DNA of 64,000 bases from Octopus bimaculoides (taxonomy: Eukaryota), in the NCBI RefSeq assembly GCF_001194135.2, contig NC_069001.1, forward strand, positions 19,285,411 to 19,349,410, read 5' to 3'. Each line of letters starts with the position of its first letter. The first letter of the stretch is position 1. The position numbers and the translations under genes were made by a program. Shown piece by piece: positions 1 through 13,479 of this stretch. The notes beneath the pieces are model-generated. The model saw nothing but the letters and a program-made list of their open reading frames with translations, did no database searches and was not told where the DNA came from.

Positions 1-123
1 GAGGGGACAACAAATAGGTGTGTTAGTTTGACACTCAGGAAGATTGGAAAAATCTTTGACACTTTGAGCCTATTCTCTTCAACAGAAAGGGTTGAGAGGG
101 GAAAAAATGGAGAGAGAATTTTT

Positions 124-336
124 TCTACTCTAGGCATAAGGCCCAAAATTTTGAGAGAGGGGGCCAGTCAATTAGATCGACACCAGTACGCAACTGGTAC
201 TTAATTTATTGACTCCGAAAGGATGATGAAAGGCAAAGTTGACCTTGGCGGAATTTGAACTCAGAATGTAAAGACAGACAAAATACTGCACTGCATTTTG
301 CCTGGCATGCTAATGTTTCTGCCAGCTTACCACCGT
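124..336 (-). mobile_element. tRNA-derived SINE
   Basis: Minus strand has an A-box-like GGTAAGCTGGCAGAAA, a B-box GAGTTCAAATTCC and the core GCCTTTCATC..CCTTTCGGAGTCAATAAATTAAGTACCAG. Homologous copies lie at ~5048, ~17585 and ~27375. Confidence 0.8.
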
Positions 337-639
337 AAAAATGGAGAGAGAAAAAAATGTGTTGGGATTAACAGTTTAAAATGATGAAATGATTGGGAGA
401 AATAGGTAGAATGAAAGAGAAATAATAATGGTGACCCAGCTGAACTATGTCTGTGTATGTAAGAATGGAGTGCATGAATGTATATGGAGGCAAGAATGCA
501 TTAAGATGTATGTGTGGGCAAGCTTAAAATTATGTGAGCCTGTGTGTATGTGTGTGGAAGCGTGTGTGTATGTGTATAAGTAACTCAGTGCATGCATTGT
601 GTGCAGTGATGTGTGCTTTGTATGCGTGTGAGGCTATCA

Positions 640-655
640 TGTGTGTGTGTATGTT

Positions 656-686
<31 letters not shown>

Positions 687-712
687 CTGTGTGTGTGTGT
701 GTGTGTGTGTGT
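640..712. repeat. (GT)n microsatellite
   Basis: Direct reading. Confidence 0.95.
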
Positions 713-1124
713 TTAAAAACAGAGCCTGAAAGATTGCTTGGAAATACATATCATATCAACAATTAAGATTTCAAATTTAAAGGACATTTGGTAAGTCATA
801 AGTGTCTGTATATTGTATTTTTTGTCAATTTAGTTATAAAATCAGCAGATTAATCAACGGAATACAGTGTCTGCAAGTTGATGAGTACCTCATATTCCCC
901 TCCATTTTCTTATTGCTATATAAATTTAGGGTAAAATAACCCCCTTTTACCCACACCCACTTATTGTACCTGGTATAACACTAGTGTAACAATAATTGGG
1001 TACCCTCCCAGCAGTAAATTGTATAGATATTATCCTTTAGTGGGTTGGATCCTCAACTCCTAACTCTCTTGGTGTATATATGTATATATATATATACATA
1101 GGTGTGTGTGTGTGTGTGTGTGTG

Positions 1125-1290
1125 TTGGTCCTCCCACCACCACTTGACAACCAGTGATGGTGTGTTTATGTCCCCATAACTTAGCAATTTGACAAAAGAG
1201 ACTGATAGAATAAGTACCAGGTCTAAAAAAACAAGTCCTGCCCCAGCATGACCACAGTCAAACGTCTAAAACAAGTGAAAGATGAAAGAT
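1125..1290 (+). mobile_element. SINE-like 3' fragment (second family)
   Basis: GATAGAATAAGTACCAGG...CCCCAGCATGACCACAGTC...GAAAGATGAAAGA. Its 3' end matches the reverse complement of 27215-27290. Confidence 0.45.
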
Positions 1291-2399
1291 ATATATCAAT
1301 CCTCACTAGCATTGCAAATTATACACATGCATAGAAATCAAAAACAGTTTAAAAAACAACTCAGAAAGAACAAAGTACCAAAACTATAGAATTAGTTTAA
1401 CACTTGAAATGAGTTTGAAGCTTCATTATGTTTTGGTGTTAATTCTTGTTCAGGGAGTAAACTAAATGAAGAAGAAACAAAGAATAGGAGCAAAATGAGA
1501 ATAAGTGAATGAGTGAAAAAGAGAATTGATGGAAAGGACTCAAGGAAAAGTGATGGGCTAAAAGACTATGGGGTATGCTGCTTTGCAAAGTGGGTGTTGA
1601 TGTGTAGGAATATCTATCAATGTGTGTATGTACTTGATCATAAGTATATGGAGGACAGTGTATGTATGTGCTTGGCAGGTGTATTTGAGTGGACAGATAT
1701 ACGTCAGTGTGTAAATGTGATGGTAAAGGTTAGTGTGAGATTGTGTGCATGTGTATGTGATTATTAGCTGGTAATATGAGGTTGTGTAAGTGTATGACTG
1801 AATGTGTTGAGGATGTAGCGCTGGAGGGTGTAGCAGAAAAATTAAGCAAGACTGCAATGTCAATGGCATTATTGGGTAAAAAATGAAATCAGAAAACAAA
1901 ACAACTGAGATGGTAAACGTCCATGATAGTAAAAGTGTCCATGAACATAGATCCCAAGAAGATAAAACAAAGCAAGTTTAGGAAGCTAAAGACATATTTG
2001 GGCTGGAGAAAATGGTGTACTGAACAAACGTACTTTTCCTTTCATTTTTTTTTTCAGATACGAGTGTACACAAAGGGTTGCAAGTAAGCAAAGAATATAT
2101 ACACAAGTTTGTGGGTGGATTTAAGTTGCTATAAACTCAGTAGTGGCCAAGTAGTAATGAAACAAGAAGCAGCAAAAGAAAGCAAAATTGGATGATTCAG
2201 TACATTTTGAGATAGAATGAATGTGCATGTGTGTTTGTGTGTTTGTGTGAGAAAGACAGAGAGACTGTCACTATGTGACATTCTTCAGGTAATAAAAATA
2301 TGTCATTTTAATGTCCACTTCTCCATACTTACAAGGATCTCTTTCTTCCTATTCATAGTTATTTTTTTTTTTTCATCAGTGTTTTTTTTACATATACAT

Positions 2400-2570
2400 T
2401 ATCATCAACACCATTTAACATCTGTTTTCAATGGTGGAATGAATTGGATGGTTGCACTATGCTCTGTCTGCTTTGGCATGGGTTTTATGGCTGGATGTCC
2501 TTCCTTAATGCCAACCACTTACAGAGTGGATTGGATGCTGTGTCTGTAGTACCAGCAGCAACAGTGAGGA
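2400..2570 (-). mobile_element. Old RTE LINE 3' UTR relic
   Basis: Diverged match to the RTE 3' end at 6864/44156 (CATC tail, GGATGTCCTTCC..ATGCCAACCAC). Confidence 0.5.
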
Positions 2571-3034
2571 CACCAAATAATTTACAGGACAAGGCCCCTC
2601 AACCAAGTGACAGAGTAATATTGAGGAAGGTGGCTTTGAGCCAGATGAGAAGTGTATGAATAGAGGAGACGGAAACAGAAATCTTACAGTAAAGAAGATA
2701 CATGACTAACTTAGTAAGAGAGAGATTGAGGAGAGGGAGAGAGAAGATGAGGAGGTGTACATGAGTGAAGCGAGAGCGAGCATTGAATAGGATCAGTGGG
2801 TGGGTAAGTTTGCAAGATCAAGAATGGTGTGGAATGTTGAGGGGAAGGGTCGTTAGGAAAGAATTCAACAGGGGACATTGGGAGATGGAGGGGAGGGAAA
2901 TATGGCAGATGGTGAGCACAGGAGGAAGGAGAAATGTTGGGAAAATGCGAGGTGAGGGAAAGGTTTGTCAGGAACTGATTGTGCACAGGGTGGTGAGATA
3001 TGGATATGTCTTTATGGCCTCAATTTAACTTAGC

Positions 3035-4270
3035 TTAACATGTCATTTTAAGCACAGCAAATCACCAGAAGTCTCAGTCCCTGGTCATCTATGTGAGGTT
3101 CAGCATCTGAAGATCATTTCTCACCACTTAATCCATGTCTTCCTCTTCCACAGCTTCTCTCCACAATTAGAGGTTGACACTTCTTTATGCAGCTGTCTTC
3201 ATCCATACACATTGCATGGCCATACCAGTCCAGTCTTCTCTCTTGCACATGACATCTGATGCCTCTTATACCCAATTTTTCTCTCTACACATTTACACTT
3301 TGTCATACATGCATACTGTCATTGCACATTCAATGAAACATGCTGGTTTCATTTATTTCAAGCCTTTGCATGTCCTCTGCAGTCACAGCCCATGTTTCAC
3401 TTCCACATAGTATAGATGTTTGTGCAGAAGCATTGTACAATCTGCCGTTCATGTAGAGGGAGAAATCCTTTGATACCAACAAAAGTAATAGCTCACTGAA
3501 CTTTGCCCAGCTGCTTCTCATTCTAGCAGCTACTTTCAGAGCATCCTCCTCCACTGCTAACTTGGTCACCTAAGTAACAGAAGCTATCTATTTCTTCAAA
3601 GGATCCCCCAGACATGAAGTAGTCTATTTCCTGTACATTTTAAAGTTTTATTGTACCTGCACATCTGCCACACACAAAGATTACTTTCTCTGTTAACCTT
3701 CCTCTGACACCACTGGGTACATCGTATGGAGTTTCTGCATACACCTTTGCTACATATCGAGCAGGGCCATTTCCCTGAAGGGATTAGTAATTTATCAGCC
3801 TTCCTACTGACTAGGACTTTGGTTTTTACTAAATTAACTCTAAGATCCTTTGGCTCCAGTCCTCCCTTCCACACCTGAAATTTCTTCTCTAATTCTAGTA
3901 GAGATTCAGACATAAGAACAAGGTTATCAGCATAGAGAAGCTTCCAAAGGCAACCAGTCTTAAATTCCTTTGTTATGTTCTGGAGAAACAAAATCATTGA
4001 TGAATTTCTACCTCTAGATTAAATTCTATATTCAGTGCCAAGTTTCACCTTACTAATAGCATCCCTGTACATGACTTGTATGTCTCTTATCAATCACTCA
4101 CCTATCCCTAGCTTTTGCATTGATCACCAGATAAAGCAGTAGGGGACTCTGTCAAAAGTTTTCTACATGTTGACAAAAGCCAAGTACAGAGGTTTATTTT
4201 TTTACTAAATACTTCTCCTGCAGTTGCCTTACCAAGAAGATAGCACCAGTAGTGTTTCTCCTTAGCACAC
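3035..4270 (-). mobile_element. Decayed RTE LINE, RT C-terminal half
   Basis: Minus-strand frames give EFKTGCLWKLLYADNLVL (YADD box), GRLYNA..ILCGSETWA and KLYLAFVNM..FDRVP; interrupted by stops and frameshifts. Confidence 0.9.
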
Positions 4271-4529
4271 TGCTCTGAAAGCAATGAAGCTAGAATAAGA
4301 ACAGGTTGGACAAAGTTCAAAGAGCTACTACCTTTGTTGTTCACAAAGAGCCTCTTCATCAGAGTGAAAAACAGATTATATGATGCTTGTATACAGGCAG
4401 CCATGCCACATGGCATATGCTACACAGTCACAGACTGTGACTACAGAGAACATGCAAAGGCTTTAAAGAAATGAAACCAGCATGCTCCACTGGTTGTGTG
4501 ATATCAGTGTGCATGTACAACAGAATGCA

Positions 4530-4810
4530 ACTGTTTTAAGATTGGGTATTAGAGACATCTGATGTTGTGTGCAAGAGAGAAGACTGTGCTGGTATGGTCA
4601 TGTGATGCATATGGATGAGCACAGCTACATAAAGAAGTGTCAATCTCCAGTTGTGGAGGGAACTTATAGAAGGGGAAGACAGAGGAGGATGTGGGATGAA
4701 GTGGTGAGAAATGATCTTCAGTTGTTGAGCCTCACAAAAATGACAAGGGACTGAGACTCCTGGCGATATTCTGTGCTTGAGAGGACATGTCAAGCTAAGT
4801 AAAACTGTGG
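4530..4810 (+). mobile_element. RTE LINE 3' ORF fragment
   Basis: QERRLCWYGHVMHMDE..GRQRRMWDEVVRNDL. Confidence 0.85.
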
Positions 4811-4845
4811 CTATCTATACATACAAGAATGTCATTTATGGCCAT

Positions 4846-4888
<43 letters not shown>

Positions 4889-5047
4889 CACATGCACATG
4901 CATGCATACAGTCTGAAGTATTTGAAAAAGAAAAATGCATTAAAGATAGATAGAAGATGAGATATGAAGATTTTTATTTTGTAAAATGGAGGTACAAAAC
5001 AACATGTCAAAAAATAAATATAATAATTAGAAATATCAATTTCAAAT

Positions 5048-5250
5048 ATTGGCACAACGCCAGCAATTTTGGAGGAGGGGATAAGACAATTACATCAACC
5101 CCAGTGTTCAACTGGTACTTATTTTATCGACCCTGAAAGGATGAAAGGCAAAGTCAACCTTGGTGGAATCTGAACTCAATGTAAAGATGGAAGAAATGCT
5201 TCTAAATATTTTGCTTGGCATGCTAACAATTCTGCCAACTCAACACCTTA
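5048..5250 (-). mobile_element. tRNA-derived SINE
   Basis: Homologous to 124-336. Confidence 0.75.
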
Positions 5251-5369
5251 ATTATTAGAAATATCAATGAAAAGAAAGAATATTAATAGAATGAACTAAA
5301 ATAAAACCCCTCATTGGATGGAGACTTTCCAATAATTGAAAATTAATTAATCCATTTTGTGTATGTGTG

Positions 5370-5406
5370 TAGATAGATAGATGGATAGACAGACAGACAG
5401 ACAGAC

Positions 5407-5485
<79 letters not shown>

Positions 5486-5500
5486 CAGGTAGATAGATTT
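5370..5500. repeat. (GATA)n/(GACA)n compound microsatellite
   Basis: Direct reading. Confidence 0.95.
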
Positions 5501-5744
5501 ATATATATTGTAGTATATATCAAATTCAAAAGTACTGGTAACAAAGATTTCTAATAAAAATGTCCTTTAATTATGACTCACTGCTCTGTAAAGTCACTCT
5601 TTCATTATCTGAAAGTCATGTCCACACTTTGTCTAATGTCATTGTTAACTAATGGTATCTTCATCTACACTGTGATGTAGATGAAAGCAACTTGTCCCAG
5701 CTGTTAGTGTCAGAGAGATTATCTTGCAATATTCACTATCTTAT

Positions 5745-5830
5745 TGCTTTAAGTTCAAATACTGCCAATGTCAACTTTGCCATTCATCTTTTCAGGCTTA
5801 ATAAAGTACCAATTCTGTACTAGAACTGAT
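5745..5830 (+). mobile_element. SINE fragment
   Basis: AAGTTCAAATACTGCCAATGTCAACTTTGCCATTCATC..AATAAAGTACCA resembles the SINE B-box and core. Confidence 0.5.
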
Positions 5831-6434
5831 TCTTTTCTCTCTCTCTCTGTTTTTCTCCCTCTCCTCCTCTTTCTTTCTGATTTTTCGGTCAGTTGAAATT
5901 TAGCCTTCTCATGTCCTCTTTTTCTTTTCTTTATCTTTCACCAACTTCCTTAAACCCTTTCCTCTCACATGTTCACTTCCTTCATATACCATTGGATAAT
6001 TCAATGCTTCTCATTCCCCACTAGACACCTTACATAGATATAAACATGATTTAATCAGTTCGTCTACACTCATGTAATTTCAAAATTGAAAAAATAACAT
6101 GGTGAGTCTTGTAAGCACCATCATCTAAATACACACACACACATTAATCTGAGCATGGTGCGTGTTTGCTGATAAGCTTGTTTTATTTCAAGAAAGTTTC
6201 TTTCAATTTGCCTTGAGAATAATTATCTCAATATAGAAATTAGATACATGATGATAGCATTAATGCAACAATTCATTAATGTATGTATAGCTTTTTTCTC
6301 CCAGTTTGACCAACTCCACCATCGTATATCTCTCACATTCTGTTTGCCTAGCTTTCTATCTCTTTTCTCTCCTCTGTTTTCTATCTGGGGTAGACATGTA
6401 TCTCCTCTATAGAAAGACACCTATTTCTATCCCT

Positions 6435-6675
6435 CCAACTGGTACAAAGCCACTTCCCAGTCAGAGGTTTTTGTCTTGCAAGTTACTTAGTGACCCTTCC
6501 AGTGCTAGTTCCATGTAAAAAGCACCCAGTACACTCTGTAAAGTGGTTGGAGTTAAGAAGAGCATCCTGCCATAGAAACCATGCCAAAGTAGACAATGAA
6601 GCCTAGTGCAGCTCTCTGACATACCAGCTCCTGTCAAAATGTCCAACCCATGCCAGATGTTAACTGATGATGATA
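6435..6675 (+). mobile_element. RTE LINE 3' UTR with (GAT)n tail
   Basis: GTCCAACCCATGCC...TGATGATGAT; reverse-complement homologue of the 6864 copy. Confidence 0.75.
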
Positions 6676-6863
6676 ATATATATAAATCTATCTATCTGTA
6701 TTTATTAACAAATATATATTTATGGTGTGTGTGTGTAACCAACAAACAAAAAACAAAGAGCAGTCAACTTTGAATATAGAGACATTGTCTAATATAATTT
6801 AATGATGCTGATGACATGTAATTTCATGTGAAGATAATGCCACACACTCATCAGCTGAATATA

Positions 6864-7575
6864 CATCATCGTTTAATGTCCGCTTTCCATGCTAGCATGA
6901 GTTGGACGATTTGACTGAGGACTGGTGAAACCGGATGGCAACACCAGGCTCCAATCTAATTTGGCAGAGTTTCTACAGCTCGATGCCCTTCCTAACGCCA
7001 ACCACTCAGAGAGTGTAGTGGGTGCTTTTACGTGTCACCCGCACGAAAACGGCCACACTCGAAATGGTGTCTTTTATGTGCCACCCGCACNNNNNNNNNN
7101 NNNNNNNNNNNNNNNNNNNNNNNNNNNNNNNNNNNNNNNNNNNNNNNNNNNNNNNNNNNNNNNNNNNNNNNNNNNNNNNNNNNNNNNNNNNNNNNNNNNN
7201 NNNNNNNNNNNNNNNNNNNNNNNNNNNNNNNNNNNNNNNNNNNNNNNNNNNNNNNNNNNNNNNNNNNNNNNNNNNNNNNNNNNNNNNNNNNNNNNNNNNN
7301 NNNNNNNNNNNNNNNCAAAGGTCTCGGTCAGTAGTCATCGCCTCGGTGAGGCCCAATGTACGAAGGTCTTGCCTCACCACCTCAGCCCAGGTCTTCCTGG
7401 GCCTACCTCTTCCACGGGTTCCCTCAACTGTTAGGGTGTGGCACTTTTTCACGCAGCTATCCTCATCCATTCTCACCACATGTCCATACCAGCGCAATCG
7501 TCTCTCTTGCACACCACAACTGATGCTTCTAATGTTCAGCTTTTCTCTCAAGATACTTACACTCTGACGGGTATT
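6864..7575 (-). mobile_element. 5'-truncated young RTE LINE spanning an N-gap
   Basis: ERRLRWYGHVVRMDEDSCVKKC..GRGRPRKTW; 3' end CATCATCGTTTAATGTCCGCTTTCCATGC; CpGs retained. Confidence 0.92.
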
Positions 7576-8039
7576 CACATATCAAACTTCCAGGAGCAGA
7601 GTATACTCTCTCTGTGCTTGTCAATATGATGCAGGGAGCCTTTTGCCTCTGTTCTTACAACAAAGTTGTACTGAGCTACAATCACTTTGCTGCTTTTTAA
7701 ATAAAGTCCAAGTTTGCCCTACTTCCACTTCAATCTTTCTCTATATATAGTCAAACAGGAAAGTTCTTCTGAACAATACACAACAAGGTGTTCCTCTTAC
7801 TTTATCAAAGCTCAGATCACTACTTTTAAGTGACAGTTCCCCACAAAATGCTCCAATCTACTTCTATGACACAGTTCATGAGCTTCAGAATTGCTTGCAT
7901 CCATGCAAGGCTAAAGGTTATCATTTTGTAAAATCTGCAAAAGGACTTGAACAGTAATAACACATACATAAGATGTTTTAAAGCAGCTACTGAAATGCAA
8001 GCCACTGAAAATATGATTATTGTTCAGTATATTCTTAAG

Positions 8040-9730
8040 AAAGCAAAATTCACTGAGTCACAGTGTCAAACTTGCCCCATTGCATTTGAGAATGCAGCTA
8101 CTGGATGTCATCATTTCCAAAAGAGATGACGGTCTGCAGGAGCTTCATCCTTTGCATGATGTATCATTATTTCAGAAAATGTTGCATTTCTGGTTTGAAA
8201 AGGAGTGACAACAGCACAATTTCACTCACTCACTTCTACAGTTAACAATTTCAAGTTTGGCATGGTGGCTTTAACACTGTCATGAAATTCAAGTGACTTA
8301 TGCAGTAACAGACCACAGGTGTACAGGCAAAAATAGAGCACAGTTATCTTACCAGAAAACATTACTGAACTTTTTCTAATATTAAATACTGAGTCAACAG
8401 GTTGTTGTGAAGGAAAAACAAAATAGAAATTTTTATTTGAATGTAAATGGACCACTATCATATTGGATTATCTTTAACCTCTAAAAAAGGTTGTGCACAT
8501 TGCTGCTGTCATATCCAGAATTGCTGTCACTTGGAATGAGAATGGATTTGTAAGTCAGCCTGGATTTAGTAAGTTGTTTCAAGGCAGATTACTATATTCC
8601 AAGCAAAGGTAGAAGGGTCTTGAGTACACCTATACTTGGTTCATTAGGAATGTTGTTATTTCTCTCATCAAAAAGGTAGTTTACTTCACAAAGGAACTTG
8701 ACATGCAAAATACAAGATTCTTCTCAATGTGTCGACTGAATTAATTTATAACTTTAGAAAGAGATACCACTTGAAAACTGCTGCAGTAATCTAATATTGA
8801 TAAGTATGGGATGTAAGCATATCTTTGAATGCTTTGATAGGAGCTTGTAAGATATAGAAGAGTGTAACAAGTTATTTCAACAGTGTGTCTGAAAACAAGC
8901 AAATTCTTGCTGAGGCAACATTCAAGAAAATTTTTGTCTGGAGTCACGTAGAAACAATGGAACAGAAAATTAGTCAGTGAATCCAAGTTCAACAATCAGA
9001 ATCAATGGATTTTGCTTTCATATAAGCATATAGAACAATATTCCAGTAATTTTGATGAGAGTTCATAAACTACCTTCTTGATGCAAGAAATAATTACAGT
9101 CCTAATGAATAAAGTGTAGATGCATTCAAGACCCTTCTACTTTTGTTTGGAATATGGTAATCTACCTTGAAACAAACTACTAAAATCCAGGCTGTTTTAC
9201 AAACAACTCCATTTTCATTCCAATGATGAATCACATGAAGTCAAAGAACTTCACTTTATCAGGTTACCTGGTGATGACAGAGTTTATAAAAATTCACATA
9301 AGATCAATAATAAAGTTCAATAACCAACTGAATACATCACGGTTTCCAACACTCATTCTCAAATTAAAGAAGTGACTTGTATCATGCTTTTCAGATATTT
9401 GGATCCTTGAAATGTCACACACTGCATCATCATAAGCTTACATAATCCTGTTTGAAGCTGGTGGGGCTCCAGGGTATCTCAAAAATATTTCATGTGTCTC
9501 AAAAGATGGAGTTCCTTTTCACATTCATTTACAAATAATTTCCAGTCAAAGAAGTTTTTGCCTCAGCATGCAACAAGGTAGACAATTAAGTAGATGGAAG
9601 ATATACCAACCAACAAAGTTCTTTCCAAATGGCCAAGTGTAGAAGAGGATGAAAATACTACATTTATTGACAAAAGGGTTTAAAAAGAAATTCTACAGTA
9701 ATGCTGTAATATCAGTGCTAATATTGGTGT
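8040..9730 (+). mobile_element. Decayed Helitron RepHel (PIF1-like helicase) remnant, interrupted by a MITE
   Basis: Fragmentary frames: LRMQLL..GASSF (~8090), HIAAVISRIAVT (~8495; cf. IALAVASSGIAAT), PTEY (~9325), IMLFRYLDP..NVTHCII (~9382; cf. IMLLRNL..NGTR), PFTF..K*FPVKEVFA..NK (~9515; cf. QFPVRLAFAMTINK). Confidence 0.65.
8530..9230. mobile_element. MITE/foldback element with ~155-bp terminal inverted repeats
   Basis: 8530-8683 is the reverse complement (~80% identical) of 9066-9230. Confidence 0.7.
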
Positions 9731-9934
9731 AAAATTGCATACCTTTTACACAATTAGGAATATTTAAGATGCCAATCATTTTAATGTCAAAACTTGGTTA
9801 TTCATTTGAACAGGGTTTCTGAATGATGTCATCAGTTCATTACCAAAAGAAATCAATAATTGTTGAAAAGAATGGATCATGGTTTTAGCCTCAGTATGGA
9901 AGAATTCAATCAATTCAATAATTGAATGTGTAGG

Positions 9935-12277
9935 TGTTGAGTACAACACCCTCTGACAAGAATAGATGGGACCATTACATAGAAATAGTAGTGGTCTATG
10001 TAGTTGGTAGTTTGTAGTTTGGTCTTTGAAGTCCAGGTACAGTTTACAGTTCAAGTTAGTGTGTTGGAGATATTGATTGTTGGTTTGTTGCATGTTTGTT
10101 ACTGCTGCTGTTTCTATTTTGTATTGTTATAACACTGTTACAGTGTATTCTTTATCTAACATCGACAATATCAACTGTACTATGATATTGGAGGCTTAAG
10201 GATATAGCATCTGGTAATGAGGATTTTTTGAAGCTCACAATTTGTGTCATACAAATTGTTAAATTACAGAGAACCTATTAGCTGCAGTAAAACAGCTTCA
10301 AGAGAAGCAACAGGAACAACCACAGAATTTGCAGAAGCAGATATTACAACAACAACAGTTAATTGAGTTATAGTCAAAGAAGTCCGAAAATTCTACTGCA
10401 AAAGTATAAATGGCTGTCCCATTAAAAATAAAATCGTCTGAGGAATTGAAGAGAAAATTGAAAAAGATGTTTCCTTAAGTATTATTGGAGGACTTAGGTC
10501 TATGTAAAAAGACTGAAGCCTGCTTTCAAGTAAGTGAAAATGCTGTGCCTCTATTTAAATCTAACAGAAAGGTACCGTTCATGGCAACTAAAATCATAAA
10601 TGAAGAGTTGGACAGACTGGAAAAGAGTGGAATCATCAAAAAAGGTGGATTACTCTAAGTGAGTGGTGCCCACGGTGTGCATTAAAAAGAAAAATAATAA
10701 GATTATGCTGTGTGCCCATTTCTCTAAAGGATCAAGCAACTGCTTAAAGACATGCCACCATTGACTCCTGACTCCAGAGGACATTTTCACAAAATTAAAT
10801 GGTGGAAAAATTTTCTCCAAATTGGATCTGTCTGACACTTTATTTACAGATTAAAGTAAATAACAAATGCTCAAAGTATCTGACAATACATACACATTGA
10901 AGATTGTACAGATATACCCGGTAACTTTTTGGATTAAAAGTTGCACCAGCAATATTTCAGCAAATTATGGATGCTATGTTATCTGATGGTGAATTTGCAA
11001 TCCCTTATTTGGATGATATATTGATTAAGAGTAATTTGCATGAACAGCATGTGGAGCATATAAAAGCTGCGTTCAAGAAAATTAAAGAGTACAGGTTCAC
11101 TTTGAGTGAAAAACAATTTGAATTTTTCTTTTTTTTTTGCCTCAAATTAGGCACTTAGGGTAAATAACTGATAATTAATGGTAGACAGCCTCACCTGTCG
11201 AGGACAGATGCAATAAAGAGTATGCCTGCTCCAACAAATATACCAACATTACAAACATTTCTTGGGCTGGCAAACTACTACCAAAACTACATTCCTAACA
11301 TGCACAAATTAAGAACTCCATTTTAAAACCTGCAGAAATTATAAAGAAGGCTGGGAGGATGTAACCAAAAAAAAACAGGAAGTAAGCTGTATCTAATTAA
11401 AGGACCATGCTGGGAACATAAGAGACACATAAATCAGCTAAAGAAAAACATACTGAAGAGTGGAGAGAAATGCTAATGGAAGTATTTTTTAATGTATTCG
11501 ATGTCCCAGCACTGAACGTAATGGAGTCCCGTAGAACCAGCATGAGAAAACAGAAGCAGACCAAACCACCTTGAGATTATTTTTGAACTGCTTAATGTTT
11601 TGTATCACTTTTTGTGGGTACTTTATTCTTTAATTCTGCAGTTTCTTTAAGTGTTTGTCTCATCTCTTGGTTTTCTCATTGAATGTTTTCTTATTTCAGG
11701 TTTTATTGGAATATGTTCTTCTGCAGCATTTTCATGTTTTAATGAGTCACGTATTTTTTTGTCTGGTGTTACATCATAGGGTATTTGGAGGAGAGAGCTA
11801 AAGCTATTTCTCGCTGACATGGCATATCTGTTGTGAATGTCTGGATTTCTTAGGGCAGCCCAATCATAGTTTTTGTGGTTGTTTTCTGGTTATATTTTTA
11901 TGAATGCCAAGTTCATATTTTTATGAATGCCAAGTGAAAAAGATAGTAAAATATAATTATAATAAATAAAAATTTCTTTATTCCTTCAGAACTCAAAATC
12001 TCAAAAAGGGAGATGTTGTGGCAAGAGAATAACACCCTCTGACGAGAATAGACAGGTCCACTAAACACAAATAGTTGTGGTCTGATGTCAGCAGTTCACA
12101 GTTTGGTCTTCGAAGTCCAGGTACAGTTTACAGTTTGAGTTAGTGTGTTAGAAATACTGATTGTTGGTTTGTAAAAGATTGTTGGTTCGTTATGTTTGTT
12201 ACTGCTGCTGTTTCTATTTTGTATTGTTATCTAACATTGACATTATCTACAATATTAGAGGTGTAAGGATATAACAA
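9935..12277 (+). mobile_element. Internally deleted Ty3/Gypsy LTR retrotransposon with both LTRs
   Basis: LTRs ~9935-10209 and ~12014-12277 (TG...CA). PBS-like TGGTAATGAGGA follows the 5' LTR; PPT AAAAAGGGGAGA precedes the 3' LTR. RT: FSKLDLSD, FGLKVAPAIFQ, IPYLDDILI. Integrase tail KRHINQLK. Confidence 0.9.
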
Positions 12278-13479
12278 CTAAGCCCTTCATTGCACAATGA
12301 GAGCTTTAAATCGTATTGAAAAAGTTTACTCTAGAATTAGAGTAACAAGATTTAATAGTAATCCAAAAGCCACAATCATATTATGTTACAGTCCAACAAA
12401 TGTCTCACTTGATGAGGATGTGACTGAATTCTATGAGAGCTTTTCAAATTTAACTAGAGACATACCACCAACATAATCTCACAATAGTTGTTGGGGATAT
12501 GAAGGCACACCATGGAGAAGATCTTATGTACAGATACACACAATATCCACTTCCAAGAAGAAATGGAAAGTACCTAGATGAATATATAGAAGAGAATGGA
12601 CTTAATTACCTGAACACAAAATTTCAGAAAAGAAAATGAAAACTCCTAACATATTCAGTCCAAATAGTAGCAAAGCACAGCTAGATTTTATGCTTATAAA
12701 CAGTAAATGGATTAATAGTGCTATAAACTGTGAGGTTTACAACTTTTGCTGTAATTTCACCTCTGATCATAAAACACGGCATTCATAAAAATATAACCAG
12801 AAAACAACCACAAAAACTATGATTGGGCTGCCCTAAGAAATCCAGACATTCACAACAGATATGCCATGTCAGCGAGAAATAGCTTTAGCTCTCTCCTCCA
12901 AATACCCTATGACGTAACCCCAGACAAAAAAATATGTGACTCATTAAAACATGAAAATGCTGCAGAAGAACATATTCCAATAAAACCTGAAATAAGAAAA
13001 CATTCAATGAGAAAACCAAGAGATGAGACAAACACTTAAAGAAACTGCAGAATTAAAGAATAAAGTACCCACAAAAAGTGATACAAAACATTAAGCAGTT
13101 CAAAAATAATTTATTCAGCAGAAAAAAAATCAAACTAGTTCAATCCTCAATCAAAAATAAACAATCTGCATCAGCCTGGCAAACCATTAATGAAATCAGT
13201 GGATAAAAAATCCAATCAAGTAAAAACTCAAAGCAAACAAGTGAAAAAAATCTCTTCCAAGATCTCTCTGGCAAACTTCCAGATGTAGTTGATACAACAA
13301 ATATCAGAACAAATCAATATCAAATGTTTACAAATGCTTGACTGGAAACTGTTCTAAAAACATAGAAATCGAACAGAGTACCTGCCTTGATGACATACCA
13401 CCTTAGGTATGGAAAACCAAAACAATTTAATGATGTCCTCTTGAAGTTCTGCAATGATGTATATAATCAAAACAATATA

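Noticed and set aside
534-716. Cys/Val-, His/Thr- or Tyr/Ile-rich ORFs (also 55019-55432, 57200-57667)
   Set aside because: Translations of (GT)n/(CA)n/(TA)n microsatellites
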